Assembly: GCA_002633005.1 (NCBI GenBank)
Contig: NMRA01000118.1
Location: forward strand, 682,707 to 746,706
DNA from: Phoronis australis
Taxonomy: Eukaryota > Animalia > Phoronida
DNA: 64,000 nucleotides
Direction: 5' to 3'
This document shows positions 49,292-61,200 of this stretch, in pieces. Under the pieces are notes generated by a model, which made no database searches, was not told where the DNA came from, and saw only the letters and a program-made list of their open reading frames with translations. The position numbers were made by a program, and so were the translations under genes. The stretch's first letter is position 1. Every line of letters starts with the position of its first letter.

Positions 49292-52200
49292 ATAGACCAC
49301 TCAAACGAATGACGCTAGTGGTATACCCTACATATATATATATATATACATGTTTGTATGCAGATATGGGGTTATTATTTGAAACCTTGAAGTGGGGTAA
49401 AATTTTGAGACCTCGTTCCGGGGTATTTATATAATATATAGCCCGCAACTATATATACCCCATTGGCCGGGGTATATGCCCCGGAACAATATATATCCCG
49501 CAATTATATATGCCTCGCTAGGTATATACCCCAGTACAATATATAGCCCGCAAGTATATATGTCCCATTGGGTGTATACAATATATACCCCGCAACTTTA
49601 TATGTCCCATTAGATATATGCCCCATTATTTTTATAACCCAGTTTTCCACCTAATATACAAGCTCCGCAACTATGTAAATGTCACATCCGGTTAATCTTT
49701 TATGTGCCAAAAATACACTCCTCCAAAGACCACTGGAATAACGTGTATGGGTCCACAACAGATTTTACCACTTTCAAACTTAAAAATGAATGATCCTTTT
49801 ATCTGTTTATAATTCTGAAACCACATCATTTTTGGTCAAAGTACGATTAGAAAACGGACAATTGCCGCACAAATAAAGAAGTTCATGGTAACTCAACGTT
49901 TCGTCTTATTCAACAAGACATCATCAGGATATGTACAGAGGGACAACAAGTGTCGATTACCCTTCAAGTCATATCCATGAAGTGAAATGAGAGTGAAAGA
50001 TACAGGGAAAGTAATGTGCGGAAATTGTCCGTNCTGTGCATACCAAATAACAGTTTCGAATAGGTCTGAAATTGTGGGGCATTATATATACCCCACAATT
50101 TTTTGCAACCCCACAGTAAAGGTCTCATATATAAACATGCCCCGTATATGTATAGTTCTCTTAGTATATATATATATATATATATATTGTCTGGGCAATA
50201 CCTTATTAAGTATTCAATTTAAGTCCTTTTTCGAAGCTCATTTATTTCAGAAAAGCTCATTTCAAATGAGAAGGTGTTGGTTGTACATGTATTTGACCGT
50301 ACGGGAAGTTTCTGGCCCAATTTTGGCCTTTGGTTCTTGAAATCATGGACCACCCTACACCTGTATGGTGCTTGATCACATTGCGCTCCCACACAACATT
50401 AAAGGATACACAGCATTGCTTGGAATCAGCTTTTTACTGTAATAAAGTGCCGTGATGCATTATGTAAAGCTACGTCTGGTAGTCCGAGGACAACTTTTAA
50501 TTGATGTTTACGTTTTTTTCAAACAACTATAGTCGAAATCACACGTTGGTTGGAGAAAGATACTACAAATAAAATTACCTTGAATGCTTTGCCTCTTAAA
50601 GAAGTATTTTCCTTAACCAAGCTCCGTTTGACAAAAGTTTCCATAAAAAATAACGAATTATTGAACGCATACCTGTATCAGTCGTACTAAAGGGGTATAC
50701 TTTCTGTCTACAAATTTGTTTATTTTCTTTCGCTACACGTAATATACAATATTATTAGGGGCAAACAACACACGAGAGTCATTTGATTAACGGACATTTA
50801 TACATGTACACCTGTAGTTACGGAAATGTGTTGGCAATTTCTGGGTTACGACTGTATGCACAAAAATGTTGGTGCATAACATATGGGTACATGGTACCAC
50901 GAAACAGCAGTACAAGGCATACGCCATAATAAATACGTACACTATTAGTGAGTACCAGATTGGCACACGATACCAGATGGGTATTTTCCGATTGCCTATC
51001 AGATGGGCTCAAGCAAAACGGTAAATAACTTGAGGTACCAGAGCCAGAGGGGCACAAACCAGTGGCAGATTTATAGTTGGTCCAAGGGGGCATTTGGCAT
51101 TTCGGGGGTACGAATGTCTGACGGGTAAAAACCTGGCTGAGACTCTGCCTTGGCTCCCCTAACTCAAAATCCTGGATCCGACCCTGCAAACAGCCCAATG
51201 AGTTTAAGTACAATATACGGTAACAGAAATGTACATATAACAGCCAAACGGGCGATTGCAATACAGATTACCTAGGCTTTGGCTACATCTACATGTAGGC
51301 TGAGTGAGCAAACCTTGCGGAGTGTAGTGACGTTAATTTGCCAATGCGAACAGCCAGAGTACGCAGTGCTGTGGCTATGAGGTGCACAGTCCAAGAAGGT
51401 ATGAACAAGGTAGTGTTGGGGCTCGCTCGTCGCCGCAATGGAGCCGTGGCCGGGGATGTGGCCCAAGCGATGTCATTGGTACTGGAATTTCACTCGGGAT
51501 TCCACGGCTAGACCAGTGAAATAACATATTTCCGAGTGATTCCACCGTTCGATGGCTGCGCGTACTTCTTTTGTTCCAGCAAAAATTGAGCTTAGTATTT
51601 CCCCAAAAATATGACTTACGTGTACCTTGGAGTGTGAAAGATTCAGTCGATAAGGCGTGTTTCTGTTTCTCTTTCCAGTAATGGTACTGAAATTTTTTAA
51701 TTGTGACACAGCTGGCTAGATAACGGATTACGGGAAAAACAGTTATCCCTAGTGACATCGTGAGAGAAAGGGAAAGCGCGAGCATATGCTATCTTCTACT
51801 AATTCTGGGCTCACGTTTATGACGATTCATACTAAGGCAATACCTGTTTTCACTCGCCGCTATGCTGCCGGCAGCGCCAATTGTGGCGTCAACCACTTGG
51901 TTTTCTCACCCAATCTTCTGGAATTATTCAGACAGTAATTAAAAATGATGGAAATACTAACATCTATTACTCTATTCCTCTGCCATGGGAACTAATAAAC
52001 ACATGTAATCATACAAATTTGAAAACAATCTAGTTGCTGCAGAGTTATTAACGTTCGTGGCCGCTGACGAAACTACCGCAACAGATATCTGGCTTGTAGC
52101 GCCTCCCATCTACTGTACATGTAAGCAAAATCCTCACGGATACGCCATTGCAATAAAACGAAAGTTACATATGTGCCTAATATTTGGCTTTGGAGCAGTT

Positions 52201-55200
52201 TAAAAAACCCGTGAAAGTCAAAACCGCTTTTTGTTAAAATTTGTTATCGCCTATTTTGATTTTGGAATTTGTTTCAGGAATCTTGCCCACAACAACATCC
52301 AGTTTTTAAAACACAGTTACGTAAGGCAAAAGTTACCAAATACCTTAACTCACGTGTAAGTATTATTTGAGCATCATACTTCTTTTAAAAGTGCAGGTGC
52401 TACTAGTGTGTTGATGGTTTTCCGAAAAGTTGGTGTGTCAGTAACGTCTAGTGCGCTAAACAGTTGTAGCTGTATCTAGCTTTGCTCAGTGCTTCGCTTT
52501 TAGATGTCTGTCGGTACGTAGTTTCTCCCACAAAAGACTTGCTCATTGTCTCCACGTGGTAAGATACGGGTTGGACAGGAGATAGTGCGAGTTATACGGA
52601 AATCGTGACCGTCCTTAATTGAACAAGCTGAGATTTTACAAACTCGGACAGTTGGTGTTTAACTGTATTATACAATGTACATGTATAATATTAGGTCTCC
52701 CATTAAGTTTTTAGAGAGAAAACAAATTCCACTGTGACTACTTGCTCTGGAGAATCACTTTATGTTGCGGGGTGGATATGAAAGTGAAATAACCAGGCAA
52801 GCGAAAGCTATTTTTGGTGTGGACACTTGCCGTACATAATACCTTTGATCAAGTCCAGCATCAAAAGATAACGCAGCTTACCTGGCTAAGGACCTCTTTC
52901 ACCTCTACACGAAGTGACTTCTATTATGAACACTTGTTCTGGGAAATCACGCGACAACATAACGTATTGGAACAAAGGTGAAAAGGAGATTACGTGTACT
53001 TAATTTGTTCTGGGAATCTCCAATCCTTCTCGGCCGCAGATATGTGACATTGTCAGACAGGAGTAAGCAACGGTTGTTGAGAACACTGTTCGTGGGCAGC
53101 AACTTGGACCAAATACAAAACACCGAAGATTACGTTCGTTTGTCTTGACGTTTGTCGCCTTGTATCCCCTTCTATGGTTATATGTGCGATGTGGACGCAA
53201 ATGCTACTGTGTACACGTGACGTGGAGACTTCCATCTTTGGTCAGAAGAGGAATTAAGATGATTAAACTTGCTACAGGTAATCACTGGACATCCGGGGTA
53301 TTAAGCTGTCTGTGGACAGTAAAATGGAGCAAAGGACGAAACATTAAGGTGAGATAGTTTTGGCTTACCTGGCAATGAACATTTGCTTTTCAGCCTCATT
53401 TTAGGGGCTGTTAATACGCTGTGCCCATGAGCAACTTCTGCTGTGGGAACTTGCTTTGAGGATTCACTGTACTCAACTGCCGTGGTAAAAGTTAAAGTGA
53501 AGTGATCACGCTCAGTGGCGGATTTAGAGAGGGGCAGCCCTAAAACTCCCAGAATCCATTTGGCAGTTCGGGGGTGCTCCGTCTGACGGGCAAAATCCTG
53601 GCTAATACTCTGCCCTGGCCCACCCCCTAAATAAAAACCCTGGATCTGCCCCTGACTCTTGTTCTGTGGAATTGATGGATCCTACTTGTACAGTACATGT
53701 GTTATAAAAGTGAAACTGAGATTGTTCTATATGATCACCGTTCCTGCTGGACAGAAGCTTAAATGAGATGAGCAGACAAGCGAAAGCCGTGGTGGTTGTG
53801 GACGTCGTGTGAAAGTTGTTTGCGTTCACAAACATAAAGATCAAGTCCAATCTGCCACGTTAACGTGATGGCCAATCCACACACAAATCTGGAGCATTTA
53901 GGCAACTGTTACGTAATCTTCACATGATAAGGAATAGACTAGCGTCTTATGTCTCACCAAATGAATGAAAACGACATCCATGTTGAAGGAAAAAAGCAAG
54001 ATTATCCCGGCCCAATCCAAATGAGAACAACGGGACTGGTTCGAGGAACGTGATAAAGCATCAGGCGGCGTCAAAGAAATGGAACATGTTCCATTTCAAT
54101 TCTCAGTCTGTTATCGTCGCTTTCTTCGCTCGCATAAAGTGTCACACCCTGCAGCAAGAATTCAGCACTAAAGATTGAATGAAACTGGTCGATTTGCTCG
54201 CTCGTTGCACTTTGGAGCTTAGATTTTCATCATCATCCGATCTTAAATTGTTGCTGAATGAGCCGGCAACTTTTGCCACAAGCAACGTGCGCATGCATTG
54301 CTTTCAAATTCACAATTTAAAGGTTAGCCAACCCAAGTAATCTCTGAAGCGTTTTCCCGAGTTGCGCATGGTTTTGATGTTCTTGTTGGCAACGGGAACA
54401 GAATCCTTATAAGGAATATCACCATGCTGATTTTGTGAGAATAAAAGATTTATATCTTTGACATGTAACAAACCAAAAACTGGGATTTGACTGTGACCTA
54501 CTGACTTATTCTACTTAAAGTTGTTATCTCTTGACAGGTCACTCGCCCACAACAGCATACAATGGCTGCCCGACAAACTTTTCAACTGCTCCACGATGCG
54601 AATTCTAAGTTTGGCTAACAACGACCTCCGCACGGTTCCTTCAGACTCCTTGACAGGAATGTCGTCACTTGAGTATCTGTATGTAGCGCTGTCTACGTGT
54701 ACAATGTACATCAAACACATGTGTACAGACTTCTCCGCAATGTTTTCCTGTTGGTTTGACAATTTTAATTTAATACGTGTGTACGCATTCGGCGTTTCTA
54801 ACAAGCTGTCCACGCCTTACATGCCCGCCAAAAGAGAACTTGTTAATGAATTGTTTTAAACGATCACACAACGCACTATACGTTATTGCATCTCGGTGTT
54901 TACATGTACCTTTCGTAGGTTCCCCCTAACTTGGCTGGCGTCACGGTGAAACCGCGGAGACAGCCATAGGTGGAGGCCATGAGGAAGTCAATTAAGAGAA
55001 CGTCCATTCTTGAAAGATGTACAAGAAAAGTCATTATTCACAGATTATTCAGAACGACTTGATTAGTAGTTTTAAATTGTTGAAGAGAATTTATGGGGTA
55101 TATGAATTGTATTCCGTCTGGGAGCCTCTGCCCGCAAGAGTTAATGGAGTCATCTTTCGCACCTTTCGTTCCCTTTCGATTTTTTAATTGTACTGCATTT

Positions 55201-58200
55201 CATTTGATGTACACTAGGAATCTGACGGATACCATACTTTCAGGAATAGTCTTCAATCTCATATTGAAATGCGCGAATTAATAGACTACATGCAATTAGC
55301 TCGAAAGTCGAGCTGAGAGTTCCATTATTTGTTTAATTTGTGTTGCCGTGCCACGGCTTCGCTAAACATGTCAAGGGGGTTCTTCTTTCTGGTAACCTGC
55401 AAGGGTTTTTCTGAATTAAGCGTTTCTGTATTTATGGAAATCGCCCAACTCATTGTCGGTTTTGACACTTAAAGCCCAATCGTGTAAGGCTGAGCGACAC
55501 TATGTGTAGAGTGTATATCGCAAAGACCCAATTAATAGAAAGATAGTTGAGCAAGATACAGAAGTTTTCAGGATAGTTCTGTATCTATGGCATCCACTAA
55601 ACCGACATTAAATGTTGGTCTTACCTGGGAGAACCTTACGACAGGTAAATCGAAGACATAAACAATGTTCTTATCGTTTCCGAACGAAACGTGTAAAATT
55701 CATTCACAATCCTAAATATGTCAATCACTACATCAACAAGGAAAACGATTGCTAAAAACCAATCATGGTTAACAAGGTTTACCAATCGATCAGTTTTAAG
55801 TCAATGGCCGGTGATACTTCGGATTCCTTTGGAGCAGAAAAACCAATGCCTTTTGTGAGAACGGAAGATTTCAGACAATCTGTGAAAGCTAATTTCTCGA
55901 TTTCAGAATTTGGGTCACAAAGAAAATTAATTGCTCCATTTTCAAATATATTTCAAACTACAGAAATCTTTCTGAATCCTTGAACCTGTTAGAAAAAAAT
56001 CATTTGGCGACAAACCCTTTTCCCTAGCGTTTTTCACCTTAAAATCACCTTTTCTCACATTTATAAGAAGAAGTAGCCTCACAACATATATCAAATCATC
56101 CATGGGACACAGATCAAATTATCAGGATTTTTGTATTGAGGACATGCATGTGTGGATTATGTCTACTTTCACCATTTCTTGGAAATTAGAAACAAAATCA
56201 GAAATACAATAGTCATATACTATTTGAGTTCACTAATGAAACCGTTTGCTGATTCGTCGCTTTCTTTGTTGTTATAGAGGCTTGGAAGGAAATAACATAT
56301 CAACGATATCAAAGAAAAACATGGAGGTGTTTTCCGGTACATCTCTGAAACACTTGTGAGTAGCGAACAACCCTTCTGCATATAACCCTCATTTGAAAAT
56401 GACAGCATTTATTTTTGATTGGCTGTATATGTCTAAAGTTACACTATGCGCATGTACTAAGAATAATACGCTTTGAAACCAGACTTGTTTTTTGCTTTGG
56501 GAAAGTACTTGCATTAGGAACATGGGTACCTGAACGTAGACTAAAGTCAAAATTTTGAAACTTCCACATCTGGGAAGGTAGTCAAAATTAAGACAAAACT
56601 TTTGTCAAAAACTAAACTAAAACAAAAAGCTCTGTCTTGAAACGGATTTGAGACAAATGTAAGTTTTATCTAAAAATTGGCTGAAATTTAAGATGTGTCT
56701 TATTTAAGTCAGACTCGGTTTTCTTGGAACGGGCTCAAGATCAAGATTTATTCTGTGCGGTGATATTGTCAGCATTTAGTTATGTAACGATTCAACACAT
56801 TGTTAAATGTTTAGTTATTACCTGTTAAAAAGAACGAAAGACTTATTGCATTTGACGTACGTGTAGGAATGTTCATGGCAATCTGCTGACGTCGATTGAA
56901 AGAGGTGCTTTGAAAGAAATTCCTCGTTTGAAGATCTTGTAAGTACATGTATAGGATCGCATGCATTCTCCACGCAACACCGCAGTTTTGATTATTTTAA
57001 AGGTTCTTTAATTCGTAACAAAACGCATACATTTCGAATTTTTACTAAGGGTCTCGAGCTTTTACTTGAGTTTGAGCTTAAATTTAGGTGTTTGAGTACG
57101 CACTAAAGTAGAATAGAAAATGCCAAAAACTATTTCGAATTCGATTTCGAGAACACTAAAGTTCGACCCCATACCCTGGACTTGTTACAGGCCCCGCTGT
57201 TAAGAACAGAGCATGAAAACAAAAATTTACTTGATGGGGTCCACCAAAGTTCAGAAGTGTTTTCGTTTGAAGTGATGCACCCCTGACATCGTCTACCTAT
57301 CTTACTTTTACAATCTGAAAAGTTTTTTAGTAGAACGATTAAATCGAGGGCCTGGGTGTGATTAATTCACCTTTGACATGGTTAGGGGAAACTCTTGTCT
57401 CGTACTGTTCCCATCAATTCAACACATTTCGCAATCCTACTGTAGCAACATAAATAATCAACATCTACCTGGTGAAGGGCAGCGGGGTAACCGTGATTTG
57501 GAAGTTTACGCGATTTTAAGACAGTTGTTCATTTTCATATGACATTGTTTGAACTAAAATAGCCGGTGACCACTTGATTTTCCTTATTGCACAGGAGATG
57601 CATTGGCACCAAAATAAAGCATAAATGTCCAATACTTGGTTCGTGTACTAGACGGTTAAGTTGTAAAATCTGAGGTACTCTAAATCTAGAAACAAGGAAA
57701 TTGGTAAACTGGAAAGTATAAGTAAAGCGACATTAACACAGACATGACAACTTACAAACAAAATAATCCTTCAAAAAGGATGTCAATCAATTTTCTTAGA
57801 GGTGGCTTTTCAGTAACTCATGTAAATTTCACATTTTTTGCCAGAGGTGCTTTTGTTTAGGCAGCTGTGACGGAAACAATATTTAATAGATGACCTTCTA
57901 TTTTTTCACAAATAGTAGTAGCAGGCATGAACCAAAATACTGAATATGAAAATTTCATAAAACATCAACGAAGCATTTGGCTTGTGTCGAACATCCTTAA
58001 GTGAATTTTACAGTATTGTACGCATGTCTGACATTTGTTCTTACCTCATAGGCGTTCCCTTCATTACAGAGAACTCCAGCAAAACTCTCTTGACACCATA
58101 GCGTTCCAAGACTTACTGGAGTTGTTACATCTGTAAGTTCACATAACATTCACATGATGCAAGCAAATGTCTATCTACATGTATACAAAGCGCTTATGTT

Positions 58201-61200
58201 ATCGGGTTTTTTAACCATTGTACTATACATCAAGTCACGAACCCCCTAACCCTAACCCTAACCCTAACCCTAACCCTCAACCTCTGTAATATTTTGAGTT
58301 GGCCGGGTTAGAGGTTATGCTGTGTTTAAAAAAAAACAAAATTTAGCTAAAAAAATAGTTAAAATCGATTTCCAAATAATGCTCTTTCGACATAACTTCA
58401 TTTTTCAAGTTCAGTAGAATTGATGTTTAAATTTTTAAGTTTAACGATTGCTTTTCTGGCCGCCAACGTTAAATGTTACTAAATCTGGCATTCTGAAAGT
58501 ACAGCAAGAGGCAATGAGACCAAATGTACATGTATGTGACCGTCATAGGCAGGCAACTGTGGCTCCAGTATTACAAAGATCCTCAAACAATAGAGATCCC
58601 TGTCCATTTTTAAAATTACCGCACAGGTTTTCATTTTTGACGGCAGTCAGATATCCGTTTTTTCGAAGGAAATCAATTTTAAATTGTGCGACAATGTTCC
58701 CAATTGTTATAGAGCACAACATACGGTATAAGTATGGCAGATAAAGACTCACCAAGTAATTGAAGTCATTTCATGGTGGTCTCCAATAACACACATGTTT
58801 GGCACATAATACTACCTTAAAAGAATTTTTTTATATGTAAAAAATTCCGCTAAGGTAATTGGCAATTAATGTAACTAGGATATCTTTAATTTTTTGCAGC
58901 GACTTGAGCAGCAATAAGCTTCAGGTTGTGAACAGTAAAGCTCTCGTGAACTTACCAAAGCTTAAAACTCTACACCTTGACTCCCAAAACCCAGGCTTGG
59001 AGACCATAATGTATGATGCCTTTACAGGGATCGGGGCTTCACTAGAAAATCTGTAAGTTTCATTAAACGGTTATTGCATACCATTAGTATCTCGATACAT
59101 TCGATTTCAATTTGTTCACAGTGTTCACAGCACTTATTGTCATTCTTGTTGGCAAATAACAACCCTTCTTGATTTCAGAAAACACTAGAGTATTATACTT
59201 TTGTTTAAGCATGGAATCCTAAAGCTGACGAAATTCAACCACCGTTATGGCGATCCATGTTTTTTCCCACTTCAATCAAATTGTAAAGTACAGCTGTATC
59301 GGTCTTCTCACGAGATAATAGAACACCTCCGTTTGGAGAAATCGCATGAAAGTAAAACATTCTAGAAATATTAACTCGTTACGGTTTATCGATTGTTTGC
59401 GGCACTAGATTATTCTGTTAAAATCTAATTTCGCACTGACTTCAAACCTGTCGGAGCTGTTTATGATATGTCGTTATAACAGAGCTCTCGGTTACTTTTT
59501 TCACAACCTAGAGTCTTACGTTGAAAAGTTGGCTACCAGTTTTCTTGTCTCGTCTTTCTTGTGTCAAACGCACCGATATTCCTAACAGTTTCTCTACTCA
59601 GTTACAGCTCAAATTTCTTACCGATTTTTACTTCAGGTGGATAAAGAACAACGCGTTTAAGACGTTTCCGCATCAAGTTATGTCAGAAGATTTCTATCCA
59701 GCCCTCAAAACGATGTACGCAAGTATAAAAATTAATAGCTGTCTACTTCCCTGTATGTACTACGTCAAAGGGATAGAACATTGCTTTTTCTTGTATTGTT
59801 TCAACATTTAAACCTTAGACGATTTAGTCCTCGTTGGACAATCGTAGAATTCAGTTGAAAAGCGACGCAGTTCATTGAAGTAAGCCACTTACCATACACT
59901 GTAAACAAATTGATAAATATGCCTACTAGGCCTACACCCCTTTTGTTTACTGCAGTACCTGTACATGTATATATCCAGCGCATACAGGTTGTACATGAAC
60001 ATGCGTATTATCGCAATACCTCGATACCTGAGAAATCGTGCTCTCCTTCAGGATATACTGTAAGTACACTTCGGTAAAATTGACAATGCCGACTGTTTTC
60101 GATTAACGTGTATCCTGTTTTGCCAGTTTCTTTCTCGCTGACTGGGCTTAAACAGCCAACGACAATTCAAATTTACTACTTTCACCTTCAGACATGCAGA
60201 GAACAACAGATTTAAGAACATGTCGGAGTATAGCTCTGACGCGTTTCCGGCCTACCTACAGATATTGTATGCGCAGAAAGTAAAGAAACATTCACCATTC
60301 AAGACTATGCCAAACGTTCAGTTTCTGTAAGTATCATATTCTGGATATAACGGATTTATATTAACGCATTGAAAACATTGTATTTGAAAGTGCAGACACA
60401 TTCTAAAAGTTGTATTGAGGATTTTATATTCAGTAGGGCCTAACATATCAAAACATGTCATGCCTAGAATCATGAACGGCATTTCTGAAAAGAGTCAACT
60501 GTTTACCCAGAAGTATCTTTACTAACCTAAACGTACCGAACTGCGCTCAGTTGCCTGCTGAGCGACACGGTGCACACAGAAACAGATTACGTTGTGCGCA
60601 AAATAATTAACGAAATACCTGAACACACGTAGTCTGTTCACACACGGTTACATGTATAAATGTTGGTTTACAGTTGTTCTTTAATGTTGGTTTGAAAAAC
60701 AACATTAAAGAACAACTGTAAACCATTGTGATTTTTCTCATATGACCTGGAGTGTGTTACAACGCGACTGGTTAATAAACAACAGTATATTACATGAGAG
60801 ATAAAAAAGTAGTGCAAAGTAGAAATCTATACGCCTTACATTTTATCGTCTGCAAAACACTAAAACGACCAAACGCGCCCCAACCAAATAATGCCAAATT
60901 TCCGAGAAAGTGACAAGGTTATGATTGACAAATCGGGTGCCGCAAGTGTACGTATTCCCACTCAGTCGGAAGGACATGCAGAAAACTTCTTTAACGGACC
61001 AATCTTCGGCGGCGAATTCCATATTCATGTTCATTCAAACGGAGACTAACTCCAACTCTACACTCTATCACAGTGCTAACTTTGCAGTATAGGTGGCGCT
61101 GTGTCAGAGGGTAACTCATGAAACGCAGTGAGACTGTCTAGCTGTGTAGTCTCAAGGTCAATTCAGTGCTCACGCGCGTGGAAGCCTTGCTGACTTATTA

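Noticed and set aside
50818-51785. Minus-strand ORFs of 147 and 136 aa
   Set aside because: Intronic; one spans a MITE B copy; no splice or domain support.
52790-53850. Weak direct similarity between 52795-52860 and 53775-53850
   Set aside because: Too short and diverged to call LTRs; no TSD or coding motif between them.
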